NCBI RefSeq assembly: GCF_006345805.1
Contig: NC_042998.1
Location: 20,956,001-21,020,000, forward strand
Length of the DNA: 64,000 nucleotides
From: Octopus sinensis
Lineage: Eukaryota
Reading direction: 5' to 3'
Below are positions 25,623 through 37,787 of this stretch, piece after piece; within the stretch, counting starts at the first letter, position 1; the number at the start of each line of letters is the position of its first letter. The notes beneath the pieces were generated by a model. It was given only the letters and a program-made list of their open reading frames with translations, did not search any database and was not told the DNA's origin. Made by a program: the position numbers and the translations under genes.

Positions 25623-25943
25623 GGCTCTCATGGCTTCTGATCTTAACTGATCAGGCAGTGGCTCTCATGGCTTCTGATCTTAACTGACAGGCAGTGGCTC
25701 TCATGGCTTCTGATCTTAACTGACAGGCAGTGGCTCTCATGGCTTCTGATCTTAACTGTTCAGGCAGTGGCTCTCATGGCTTCTGATCTTAACTGACAGG
25801 CAGTGGCTCTCATGGCTTCTGATCTTAACTGATCAGGCAGTGGCTCTCATGGCTTCTGATCTTAACTGATCAGGCAGTGGCTCTCATGGCTTCTGATCTT
25901 AACTGATCAGGCAGTGGCTCTCATGGCTTCTGATCTTAACTGA
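25623..25943. repeat. Minisatellite, 9 copies of a 36-37-bp unit
   Basis: Unit is GGCTCTCATGGCTTCTGATCTTAACTGA(T)CAGGCAGT, with no spacers. Confidence 0.95.
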
Positions 25944-26446
25944 TTGGAAGTGTTATCATGTACATTGTTTTGTCTTGGTATAAAAGATGGGCTACAGCAA
26001 ATATTCTGCTCAATACCACAGATTTGCTTGTCAGTTGTTTGGCCTTAACCAGTTGAGCATGTCCCTTAGTGGCTGACGATATGTGCATCTCTGATCACGA
26101 GCAGAAGTAGTGGGGGAGCATCATGGCCATGTGTTGAGAGGGATTCTTTGGGGTTTGAGTAATTCACCTCTGGAAACATGGGTGTTTCGTTCAACATCCT
26201 AAAGCAACCCTTATTCGGGGACCTTTTGAGCAGGATGGGCTACTCAACCTGAAGAAAATTCTAACTGGGCTCCACCTGCAAGGTCATGTGCTGTTTATCT
26301 TGATATGAGATCACCATGTCGCGCACATATGGTTGTGATGCATGTGCCTGGTGTACCTTTATCAGACGGGTAGTCATGATGGGTATATTGGGCTTCGTAT
26401 ATTTTACCCCAGTGTCACTTTGATGGCATGAACTGCTCTCTCACTC
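25623..26446 (+). mobile_element. Non-coding (TAA)n-flanked repeat element with a tandemly reiterated left end
   Basis: 26074-26446 is about 96% identical (by eye) to 60076-60448. Both copies have TAA tracts on both sides. Confidence 0.75.
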
Positions 26447-26490
<44 letters not shown>

Positions 26491-26512
26491 TAATAATAAT
26501 AATAATAATAAT

Positions 26513-29500
26513 CAATTCTTTTTTATTGGCCACAAGGGCTGACACGCATGATTACATAAAGGGACAAGACAGGACGAAAGGTTACAAAGGGTTTTGCCGT
26601 TTTTTTTAAAAACATCGAGTAAAAATCTTTATAACAACTTATAAAATTCAACAATGAAAAACTCCCAAAAGGGGGAGACGTCTCGAAAGGTTCCTGGTGG
26701 AAAAAACCCTACAAAAGCCAACGGGGCCTGGTCTAAAAAGGGGGTGGTAGAGAGTCCCCTTTTTTCTCCTTTGTATTACCTTTTTGAAACCACAGGCGAA
26801 ACCTGAGAACTGGTCCATTTATACAGGCCAGTCTCGCACAATTCACCCACCTTTCATAAAACTTGCTATCGGACAGCACTTTCCTCTCTAACCTCATCTT
26901 CCTTTTCAAGTGAAACTTGAAAAAGTTGATGAGGCCTTGACCAAAGAGGAAAGTGTCTGACTTTAGCCCTTTCAAACGAGTCCACCACACGACTTCTTTC
27001 GCCACAGCCACAAGGCACAAGAAAACGGCCTCGCCCTCCTTGTTAAAGGAGGTCGGCGGGGCAATCTTCACTATGGATTCGGCCGATAGTTCGATCCGTC
27101 CTACACGTGACAGTAGCTGTTCGACATAAACCCATATTTCAGCAATACTCGGGCACTGGACGAGTGCGTGCAGAACGGTTTCGTCGTCCTGGCAATACCT
27201 CGGGCAGGCCCGGCTGACGGCACTTCCGTGCCGGTAGAGTTTATCTCGAACAGGCAGAGCCCCTCGGTAGCACTGCCAGGCGAGAGACCTCTGGAAATTA
27301 TCCATCGGCCCCGGCCCGAAAGTCCTCCCGAACAGACCGCTCAGTTCGTCGTCTTCAACGCCTAGAGTTTCCCCGAGAACGTCGTCGCATTTTTCCTCCA
27401 CTAACCCTCTATAGAACGCTAGAGTGGAGCTGTAACCGACCGCATTGCCCGCCTGGTGGAGGGCGGGAGGGCTTGACGGCACTCGAGGTGCCAAGCGCCC
27501 TTTCTCGGTCTACGTTTGATCCAGGTCTGCAGCTCCGTCAAAGAGACGAGCTGCGGAAAATCGCGTCTGACAAAAGACGACCACACCTGTTCACCGTCTA
27601 GGAAGCGCTTGAGATGCCGCAGCCTGAGCGCATGTCTGCGCAACAGCAACCACGGCATTCCAAGGCCTCCGTTCAGCGGTCGTTGACAGCAGATGGATCG
27701 CCTGACCAGTGGCACCTGACCCTTCCACAAAAGTCGAAGAGCAGGCGTACCAGCTTGGCCAACCAGCGGTCGGGACAAGGGACGACGGTCAAGCGGTAAT
27801 AGATGACGGATGCGATGTACGCATTCGCCACCTCCGCTCGACCTTTCAGGGACAGCTTCCTCTCGGCCCATTTCTGGGTGAGACGTGCCACCCTGCTCGT
27901 CACCTCTTCCCAGTTCTTATCCACCTGGAGGTCCGGACCGAACCAGACCCCGAGCAGTTTAACGGGTCCGTCTGTCCAGCGCCCTACGACGCTGTTGGAC
28001 GGCATGGGCTTGCCTCTCCAGGTGCCCAGTTGCAAGCCCACAGACTTTTCCGCGTTAATCTTTGCCCCTGTCACGCTTCGTACTGGTTTAGCGTCTCGCC
28101 AATCAGGCCAATGTGCCTGTGGCTCGACACCACCACGGTGACGTCGTCGGCATAAGCAGACACGCTGTTTCCGCCTCCTAGATCGCGCGGGATGCCCCTC
28201 AAAGCCTCCAACTTGCGCAGTAATGGCTCGAGAGTCAAAATGTACAAGAGGGAGGAGAGAGGGCATCCTTGGCGGACCGAACGCAAGATGTCGAACGGTT
28301 CCGAAAGGTGACCGTTCACCCGTATCACCGAGCAGATGTTGCTGTATAAAGCAGCGATCCACCCGCGGAAGACTGGACCGAAGCCGGCTGCCTTGAGGAC
28401 AGCTGCCAGGTACCGATGGTCGACCCTATCGAAGGCTTTACTCTGATCCAAGTTGATCAAAGCCCCACCCGCGCCAGCGTCGTTACCCACCCTCTCTATG
28501 ATGTAGCGCATGAGATGGAGGTTGTCGTGTATCGACCTGGTCGGCACGGCGCATGTCTGCGTCCCGCCGACCAGCTTGTCCACGACAAGCGCCAATCTCT
28601 TGGCTAGCACCTTGGCCAAAATCTTCAACTCTGCATTGAGCAGAGTGATGGGCCGGAAATTCCCTATAACGTCCCCCTTGTTTGGGTCCTCTTTAGCAAA
28701 GCCACCACCCCTCGACAGACAAAAGCAGGAATTCTCCCGTTTTGCTGCCAGTTGCAGTAGACGTTTGCCAACAGGTCCGCAAACAAGTCTGGCATTGAAA
28801 AGTAAAGCTCGTAGGGCAGACCATCCAAACCCGGCGATCTACCTCTCGTGCAACTCTTCATCGCTTCCTGTACTTCCCAGGCAGATATCGGTCCTTCGCA
28901 GCACTCTGCCTCGCTGTCCGAGAGTTGCGGCAGTCCGTCCAGGTACACACCGAAGTCTGTACCGTTGGTGTCCGTTCCACCGCTCGTCCCAAACAGTTGA
29001 GCAAAGTGCCGCTGAAGCACCGTACACATCTGCTTCGGTTGGGTAACCTCGCGCCCGTTCTGGTCCACCAAAGACCGAATGGTTGCTCTGTTGCCTCGCT
29101 TCGCCTCCGCCACGCGGGCCCATCGAGCGGCTCTAGTCCCCTCCCCGCTTAGCGAACGTGCCTTAGCTCTGACAACGCAGCCTTCGTGTTTGGCGTCGAA
29201 GTGTTGGTCGAGGACCAACCTTGCCGCCAACACGTCGGTCGCGATGCCAGTGTCAAGAGCCTCGTCTAGTTTCTTAACTAAATCCCGCTCTCTCTTCCTA
29301 CGTTCAATAGCTAGAGTCTTACTATACCTAATCGACTCTACTCTAATTGCTCTCTTGAGGGCAAACCACCAGTTGTTGTTGATGATTGCCCCCGTGAGCG
29401 CCCGCTTAACTAGTAAACTAATCCGGTCTCTGTAAGCTTTGCACGCCGTTAACGACGCGTTCAGCTTCCAGTAGCCGGGTCCCTGTCTATGTAGCCTATC

Positions 29501-30938
29501 TAAGTCGACCGTACAGATCACTAATTTGTGGTCCGTATATTCGACTAGGTGGAAATGTGGACACCCTACGCTGTCCTTATCCGCTGGCCTACAAAACACT
29601 ATCTAAGTACGATCTAGAAGACCCGATGCGGTTTGTCCAAGTCCACATTGGCACATTCGGGTTGTCTAGTCGAAACCTGTCGGACAGCTGAAAGCGGCCG
29701 AGTAGGTTGGCGAGGCTCTTGCACCCTCACCCTCTCCTATCAGACGCTCCCCTGCCCACCCGATCGAAACGTTCGTCTAAGACAGCGTTCCAATCCCCAA
29801 CTAGTACTAGAGTGCGTGACGTTCCCAGGAAAACTTCCAGACGTTTGAAATAATCCGACTGCCCTGCTCCTGTCGGAGCGTAGGCAGCCAGCAGTCTGAA
29901 AGCACCGCCGTCACTACCGTCCACGTCGAGGACCACCAACTTACCTTCCGGATCCAAGAAGACTGTCCTTATTTTCAGGTCCAGGCCCTTCCGAAACAAC
30001 ACCGCAGTACCACCACCGCCCGCTCCCGGCCGACACGGAGATAGAAATATCTCGTATCCGCCGAAAAGGGCTGCGAGTTCCTGCGGGTCGGAGAGCCTGG
30101 TTTCACTGATGGCTGCTACATCCACATCATGAAACCTCAGGTCGTTTAACAGGTGACCCTGTTTCCAAGGTGACCCGAGGCCTCTCACATTCAAACAACC
30201 GATTCTAAGATTTGCCATGTTTCAAAAGTTAGGGGAAAAAAAAAGGAGAAAAAAGGCTCTACTTACTGTTGTTGGTGGTGGGGGTGGGGCTCCCTTGTGC
30301 TTTTGCACGGGTGCTTCAATAATATTTTTGTAAAGTTTCTGAGAGAAACTTTTCCCTAACGATCCCACATCGTTAGGGAATATTTGTTTTATTTCGTTGT
30401 AAACTGTTTTGTTTATTTTTATTGTGAGAATGGTGCTGGTGGGTGTTGTGTGTAGGTATTATGAAATCTGTAATGTTTGTGCTTGTTTTGTTTTTCAAAT
30501 ACCCAACCAGTTCCTGGTTTCTTGTATTCACTGCTGTAATCGTGTCTGTAATTGTGTCTGTGTTTGTTTGTGTCTGTGGTAGTGGCAGTAGTGGTGTCGA
30601 AAGTGTTGTTGTTGTTGTTTGTTGTTGTGAGTGTGTGTTGTTGTTGATGTTGTTGTTGATGTTGGGAAGTACTATTTGTTCGTGCTTCCCCTGTAAATCT
30701 TTTTGTTTTTTCCTCCTTTTCTTTTTTGGAGGTACTATGTTCCATTCTCCTTTGTTGGAATCAGAGCTCGCACAATCCGAGATCTCTTCATCCGGCAAAG
30801 GAATGGTTGAGGGGTCTGCTTCAGTAGCAGGACGAAAAGTTTTTGGTTCCGCCGGTATCGGTGGTGCCGCTGCTCCTGTTACTGTTGATGTCGCTGCTGT
30901 CGACCTTCGAGGTACTGGTGTCGGTGTTGGTTTGCTGG

Positions 30939-30939
<1 letters not shown>
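26513..30939 (-). mobile_element. Tx1-clade L1 non-LTR retrotransposon, 5'-truncated in ORF1, with near-complete ORF2
   Basis: ORF2 starts at 30218. It contains the EN (CLNVRGL, ISETRL, LVGDWN), the RT (SPGLDGLPYE, LDQSKAFDRVDH, VRQGCPLS, YADDVT) and the zf-RVT region (LPVRDKL...CPRYCQDDETVLHALVQC). The stop is near 26733 and the 3' UTR ends AATAAAAAAG. A low-complexity ORF1 C-terminus lies at about 30230-30939. It is GC-rich relative to the flanks. Confidence 0.95.
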
Positions 30940-30970
<31 letters not shown>

Positions 30971-31021
30971 ATAATAATGATAATATAATAATATAATGAT
31001 AATAATAATAATAATAATATT

Positions 31022-31052
<31 letters not shown>

Positions 31053-31124
31053 TAATAATAATAATAATAATGATAATAATAATAATAATAATAATTATAA
31101 TAATAATAATAATAATTATAATAT

Positions 31125-31385
31125 TTATGTCTGGTCGATTATCCTTGATCGTTCTGTCAGTGTTGACTGGAAAATCCCAGAGGATGGTGACATTTTTACC
31201 TTCAACAACTGGCTGAGGATGGTGTTCATACCAGTTAGCAGGAGTGCCGAATTTGTAATGTTTACATATCTTCCAATGTATATACTGTCCTACCCTATCG
31301 TGGCGATTTTTGTATTCGTTTGGTGTCAGCACAGGACATCCCGAAACGAGATGGTCTATTGTTTCGTCAAATGTGTCGCATTATT
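31125..31385 (-). mobile_element. Dong-type fragment (CCHC to RLE PD motif)
   Basis: ETIDHLVSGCPVLTPNEYKNRHDRVG...WYEHHP...ILWDFPVNTDRTIKDNRPDI. Confidence 0.85.
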
Positions 31386-31386
31386 A

Positions 31387-31440
<54 letters not shown>

Positions 31441-31479
31441 CATCATTATTATTATTATTATCATTATTATTATTATTAT

Positions 31480-31760
31480 TGTATACAACTTATTTTTGAT
31501 AACTTAGATATGTTTCGGCCAAAGGTTGGCCTAGGCCATGTCTAACTCAAGAGCATCACCCGACAGGATCTGTTAAATCATTTTAAAGTCAAGTTTTGTG
31601 CTACCCTGGCCCATCCAACCTGGGAGTTTTTGTTGACTGAGATGTATCCCGGTATAGGTAGCTTATCTGGTACCTCTTGAAGAAATTTGTCCGGGATTCA
31701 TTTTGAAGGTGATGGGATCTTTTTCATGTTTGATCTCTTTTGGGACAATGTTAAATAGAG
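31480..31760 (-). mobile_element. CR1-group LINE 3' fragment with an (AAT)n tail
   Basis: VPKEIKHEKDPITFK...FLQEVPDKLPIPGYISVNKNS, followed by a 3' UTR. A related fragment lies at 32590-32860 and a UTR piece at 12095-12170. Confidence 0.7.
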
Positions 31761-31826
31761 CAGTAAACTAGTTTGATAAGTGCCCACGCACGAAACTCTC
31801 GGCCTTGAGTCACTCTGTTGCTTCTG

Positions 31827-31889
<63 letters not shown>

Positions 31890-31986
31890 ATCCAAACAAG
31901 AAAGCACAAAAAAAAAAACACAACAACGCGAGGACGTGGAAAAAATATAGTATATTGGATGCTCAGGAAAGAAGGAAAGAAGGAGG

Positions 31987-32021
31987 GTTTAACGTTTCGA
32001 GCGGAGCTCTTCGTCGGAAAC
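31987..32021 (-). ncRNA. Minimal hammerhead ribozyme motif (second copy, in repeat 31885-32095)
   Basis: Reverse complement is GTTTCCGACGAAGAGCTCCGCTCGAAACGTTAAAC. It differs from the first copy only in the stem II loop. Confidence 0.65.
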
Positions 32022-32103
32022 ATAGGAGAAGGAAAGATCCAGAGAAGGGAAGACAGAGGGAAAAAATCGCCAACGGTACACACGCGGTTACACACACACA
32101 CAA

Positions 32104-32139
<36 letters not shown>

Positions 32140-32862
32140 TATATATATATATATATATATATTCGAGGTCTGATCAATAAGTACCTGGACTGTTGCCATA
32201 GTAACGAAGCTAAAGAACGCAGAGTGAAGCCGCTTGGCACAGATTGACCTTGAACTCTGCTGTGCATGCACACAAAGTTTTAACGTTCTAGCTCTTTTCC
32301 ACTGTTTACAGCAGTGATTGGAAGGAACGTTCCTGCAGCCCGCTCGTAAAGCGAAAACTCGTAAAGCAGAGCAATAATTTCCCATAGTAGTAATGCAATT
32401 TTTTGGCGTCATTTTTGCTCCGTCGCTATATGCAGCTGTGCAGACGTGCTAAAACCAGTGTTGCGTTATGTTGAGACGTTGTCTCCTACACAAAATGGCT
32501 GTTTAAAACCTGCTTATTTTTATTATTAAACTCGTAAAGTCGGGGTCTCGTAAAACGGGTCCTCCTAAAGTAAGGTTTTACTGTACTTTGGTGTCTATGT
32601 AGCTGACCATGAAGTTGTTCAATTTTGTAAATCATAATTCTGTCTGCTGATAGTTTTGTGGTAACCATGGCCCATCCAACCAGGGAGTTTTTGTTGACTG
32701 GGATGCATCCCGGTATTGGTAGCTTATCTGGTTCGTAAAAGTGTGTTTGTTTATTGGTGTGTAAAATGGATCCTTAAAATAATGGTTGCGGTGAGTAGAT
32801 GAGTGAAACGGAAGGACGTATCTGGCAAAGAGTCGGTTTGGTGTGCTTGAGTGTGTTATCAT

Positions 32863-33558
32863 CAGTGCTGTGGAGTCGAAACAAAAAAACTTTGACTCCG
32901 ATTCCTGTACTATTAGCACTTCTGACTCCGATGCTGACTCCGATGCCGACTCCGACTCCTCTTTATGTAATTAAGTGATTGTGGTCTACATATCTCATAA
33001 AGCATATGCATACGCTTGTACTTTGAGTAGGCCTATGTTATAACTGGTTTATATCTTTATATATAAAAGTGAGGTTGTGTGCTGTCTGTCTCCTCCGATT
33101 TAGATTCCTATCTACTCCCACATTTTGCGGTGCAGTGTAACCAAAACCGGGTATCTTATAGTCGTGATTCATATCGAGCCCTTCTGGGTATTAGCGCGCG
33201 TCTACGATGAGTCTACGATTTTAAAAATAATTTACCATCATTTTATTCCATTTTAATGCATTTTTTCGCTATTATATTAGGGAAGTAACTCTCTAAAAAT
33301 ATCTACGATGAGTCAACGATTTAAAAAAAAATTACCATCATTTTTTTTCCATTTTTTTTGCTATTTTTTGGCTATAACTCTCTAAAAATGCTTATATAGT
33401 TATTTCCCTTACAAACCCGAGCAACGCCGGGCGATACTGCTAGTTTAAGAATAAAGATATGTGAGTCAGAATCAGCGTCGGTATAGTTTTACCGACTCCG
33501 ATCCGACTCCAGCTACCCCTTAATTGTTTCTGATTCCGACTTCGACTCCACAGCCCTG
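32863..33558. mobile_element. hAT-like MITE with subterminal GACTCC repeats
   Basis: TIRs are CAGTGCTGTGGAGTCG and CGACTCCACAGCCCTG. No clean TSD was seen. Confidence 0.7.
33054..33443 (+). mobile_element. Non-autonomous Helitron nested in a DNA MITE
   Basis: A|TCTTTATATATAAAAG...CCCGAGCAACGCCGGGCGATACTGCTAG|T. Confidence 0.85.
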
Positions 33559-33674
33559 GTTTAATGGGTTGTTTTAGGATGCTAGACAGTTTTGTTGTGA
33601 TGCTTTGCTTCACCTCTAGCTGGCCCCGGCCCGTTAAAAATGACGGCTAATTGCAGTATTTTAAGCTTTGTGAG

Positions 33675-33985
33675 TGTGGCGGCACATGGCCCAGTGGTTA
33701 GAGCAGCGGACTCGCGGTCGAGGGATCGCGGGTTCGAATTTCAGACCGGGCGATGTTTGTGTTTATGAGCGAAACACCTAAGCTCCACATGGCTCTGGCA
33801 GAAGGTTATGGAGAACTTCTGCTGACTCTTTCGCCACAACTTTTTCTCACTCTTTCCTCCTGCATCTTGCAGCTCACCTGCGACGGACCGGCGTCCCGTC
33901 CAGGTGGGGAACGTATACATCAAGGAAACCGGGAAAACCGGCCCTTATGAGCCAGGCGTGGCTCAAGAAGGAACAAACAACGAGC
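33675..33985 (+). mobile_element. SINE family C, second copy
   Basis: TGGCCCAGTGGTTAGAGC...GGTTCGAATT; CTGCGACGGACCGGCGTCCCGTCCAG. Confidence 0.8.
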
Positions 33986-34733
33986 TTTGTGTGTGAAGTT
34001 AGGTAGAAGGAATCTATTTAGAAGCCCATTTGATGGACTATACCAGATTAACCCCCAGATTGCCCAGATTAACCCCCATCACCTGTTCCTTGGCTATTTT
34101 TAGCGAAGTCCTGCTTTTTTCCTAATTGCAACCAGGCCCCCAGTCTCCCCACTGCTGGTCCCAGAAACTATGTAAAAGGTCATGGGTACAAACCTTCTTC
34201 TGATTAACCCATAGCAAAAAAAAAATTCTCCTGTCTATTACAGGCTAACGAGGTAGCCTTTATGCAGTTACTCTACCTGCTAGAAATAGCAGTCAAATCT
34301 TATATCACACCCACGTCATCTTCAAAACAGGAAGGACACATTGGATAATTTAATCTTAGATAATCCTAGTTAGGCTGGAATGCTTTTTGACCCTAGATAT
34401 GTTTGATAAGGATTGAGCTGTGGCTAGACAATAACAACTCACTGATCCCAACGATGCTCATTTTATCAGCTGTTTTATAGGAAGAAAGACAGTTAACACC
34501 TCACCTAGCCATCTTTATGGCTTGAAAAATGGCTGAGTTAATTAATTCGATCTAGATTTTGAACTTAGAACAGTGAGATATGTAATATCACTTTAGCATC
34601 ATTTATAGCATACTAGAAGTCTGATTGTCCAATGTCCACATTGGCTCCACTGCGATGTTACAGATATCTCGTGTTACTGTTACATCTTGCTAATCTGCAG
34701 AATGAAATGTCATGCGTGTAACCATAGTAACAA

Positions 34734-34785
<52 letters not shown>

Positions 34786-35400
34786 TTTGTCTTTATCTAC
34801 TGAAGTTATTAAAACACAGTAGCTGTGTTTTTAATAAAGCAAAGTAGATAAAAGCAACATTCGAATGTTTTCAGCATTCAATCGTTTTAGGTGGTTTGTT
34901 TATTTTATTTTATTTTATTTTATTTTTTCTTTTAGATATTTTTTCTTTGCCATCCTGGAGTATGAAACCTGTTTTTTTTTTGTTTTTTTTTGGGGTTTTC
35001 TAATTATTTAGAATACTCTCCCAGAAAATTATTTCTATATTCTAAGGAGATAAAATGAAATGACATTCCAGATCATAAGCACAATTTTGAGCTAGAAAAC
35101 GGGCTGAGTCAGAGATGGTGGAAGGATTGAGCTTATGACCCTTTGCAGGGTCTCTGTGTCATGGGGAAAAGAATAGGGAGGAAGACATTTTTAGCGAAGT
35201 CTTGCTTTTTTTCCTAATTGCAAAAAAAAAAACATGACCATCCACTTAAGTACCAATTCCGCTTAATGATCTGGAATATTTTATTTCAACTTGTGAGTTG
35301 CTATATTAAAAGAATGGGACATGTGGTTATGGACTTGAGGTTTAACCTCAAGCTGTAGATGTTGTCTCAATGTTTACAACACACTGCACTCTGCTAAAAG

Positions 35401-36045
35401 TTTCGAGCATTTCGGCAATTTTAACCAATCGCTGGAGTCCATTTGGGGTGAAAACATTCCGTGCTGTATGAATATGTCCCTCGTTTAAGAAACAGATTGG
35501 GTTTATTTACATTTGCGAAGGAAAAAAAGATACCCTTCCCCCACCCCTAACCCTAACCCTAAAACATTGAAATGCAATAGATCGATACTAGGGTTATAAT
35601 TATGGGTGACATTTTCATACGACACCGCTAGAAAAAAATCCCATTTTCCGTAGCGGTGTCGTATGAAATTGTCACCCATAATTATAACCCTAGTATCGAT
35701 CTATTGCATTTCGATCTGTTTTAGGGTTAGGGTTAGTTAGAGTTAGGGGTGGGGGAAGGGTATCTTTTTTTCTTCGCAAATGTAAATAAACCCAATCTGT
35801 TTCTTAAACCAGGGACATATTCATACAGCAAGGAATGTTTTCACCCCAAATGGACTCCAGCGATTGGTTAAAATTGCCGAAATGCTCGAAATTAAAGTGG
35901 AAATATCTTACAAACCATAGAATTTTCTCAATAAAGCCAAGAAAAAATGATGTTTTATAAACACATTCTACCAGTATACGAAGTTTAAAAGTGTTTAGTT
36001 AACTAAAAATTGTGTTGAAAACTGCCGTTCAAAAGGAAAAGATCC
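35401..36045. mobile_element. Same MITE family in a tail-to-tail arrangement forming a 490-bp palindrome
   Basis: Arms are 35401-35630 and 35651-35891 with a 20-nt spacer. The right TIR ends GAAAAGATCC at 36045. Confidence 0.85.
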
Positions 36046-36354
36046 TATTTCTGTCCTCCCATTTTCATGCAGAAGACACTCGCCCAAGTTGCTGCTGTTT
36101 ACATTCATTTTACATATCCACTCATTTATACTCCAGCAGCTTATGTTGCTGACACTGCAAAAATTGAACAATACTTATGGAAGGTGTCGAAATTGTAATG
36201 ATATTTAGTTGATAACTGACGAAGGAGTAATTGAGCATGTCGATGTCCATAGTATTTCTGTGTGTTCCTTTCCTTCCCTGAGCGTCTGCTAATACTTTAC
36301 CTGTGACACGTCCTCATGTTTCTTTTGTGTGTTTGTTCTTCGTTTTTTGGGGGG

Positions 36355-36432
<78 letters not shown>

Positions 36433-36439
36433 CTTGTAT

Positions 36440-36680
36440 TACAACCCAAGAAAAAGAAGAAACACGAGTGTGGGTCATCAGGTGTACTGTTGGCGAATTT
36501 CAGAAAGTATGGAAGTCTTGAAGGATGTAGTGTTTCGACAGCTACCAACAGATACTGATGCAGGTAGTTTATTCCATGCTTCAGTAATTCTGAGCGTGAA
36601 AAAATGTTTCCGAAAGTCATGGGCGCTGTGTTGTTTTTTTTTGATTTTGTAAGCATGTCTACGAGTGTTAGACATTATCA
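36440..36680 (-). mobile_element. CR1/L2-type LINE 3' fragment
   Basis: HDFRKHFFTLRITEAWNKLP. Confidence 0.75.
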
Positions 36681-37221
36681 GTGTTTCCTAAAACTTTGGA
36701 TGCTTTCTGAGTTTTGAAGTCTCCATAAACAGGAAGAAATACCGCAAAGCTTGCCGTCCAACGCCCAATCAATCTCGCCACTCTACCGCCCTAAACGCCT
36801 ATATCTTTTATCGTCGCTTTTGCAATTTCCTGAAGGTGTCTGCATGCGTTTGAAATTTTTCTACATTGTTTGCCAGGCGTTATAAACGTGTCCACCTGAT
36901 TTTCTTTCTTAAAGTATTAAATTAAGGATTACTATATTCTGTATCTTAATCCATTTTTAAGACGTTAGGATTAGATTTGAAGATTTCGCTGTCATTTATG
37001 CAGGTCAAGCGAGATTGTTGAAGTTCCTTCGTTGGTGCATTGATTTCCATTTGTAACCATAGTGACTTCCTCTGTGAATCTAATGCGCTTCTATTTATCT
37101 AATATATTGCTTTGTGAAGGCTCGTGACCTCGTTGTTATTGGGTTCAGCGTGTTGTGTCCTTGAGTAAAGCTCTCCATTTGACGTTGCTCCAGTCTTCTC
37201 TGGTTTTCACATTTTGGATTT

Positions 37222-37787
37222 TATTGGGTTGTCCGGAAAGTTCGTGCCGATTTTTAAAGGAAAGAAAAGGGTCAATAAATACTTGCCATTACATTTTTAA
37301 TCAACCAAATATGAACCATTTTGTTGCACAATGTGTCTCCATCTTTTTTTAAACTTGAAAATACCCTCTTTCCAGAATTGAGATGGTTTCATGGCAAAGA
37401 ATTCATCAAGGTATCTTTTTACGTCATCCAAGGAATTGAAATTTTTACCATTAAGACTATTCTGCAGAAACCTGAATAAGTGGAAATCCGAAGGGGTAAT
37501 ATCTGGTGAATATTGAGGATGGGGTAACACATCTCTGCCGAGCTTCAGCAATTTTTGTCTGGTTCCCAAAGCACCAAGTGCCGAAAATGAACTTATCTTC
37601 CATTATAAAAGGTTACAGAATTAACACAGGTTACAGGAACATAAACCTTCTTCCACGAAAAGATAACTTAAACTGTGCTCTAAATGGAGGTGCAGTCAAA
37701 TCCTATTTTATGGACTCAACCATGTTCTAAAATATGTCGAAAGGTAAGCTACTATAAATCGGCACGAACTTTCCGGACAACCCAATA
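37222..37787 (-). mobile_element. Internally deleted mariner with perfect 32-bp TIRs
   Basis: TIR is TATTGGGTTGTCCGGAAAGTTCGTGCCGATTT. It encodes HPQYSPDITPSDFHLFRFLQNSL...RWRHIVQQNGSY. Confidence 0.92.

Noticed and set aside
25623-25943. CRISPR-like array (36-37-bp repeats)
   Set aside because: The units are contiguous with no unique spacers, there are no cas genes, and the context is eukaryotic.
26733-30218. Bacterial contamination or horizontal transfer suggested by high GC
   Set aside because: It encodes a Tx1 ORF2, and older diverged relatives occur at 15170 and 16430, indicating a resident family.
31505-31560. Hammerhead look-alike on the minus strand (GGCC...GGCCGAAAC)
   Set aside because: There is no CUGANGA core. 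It lies in the 3' UTR of a CR1-group LINE and is better explained as its terminal stem-loop.
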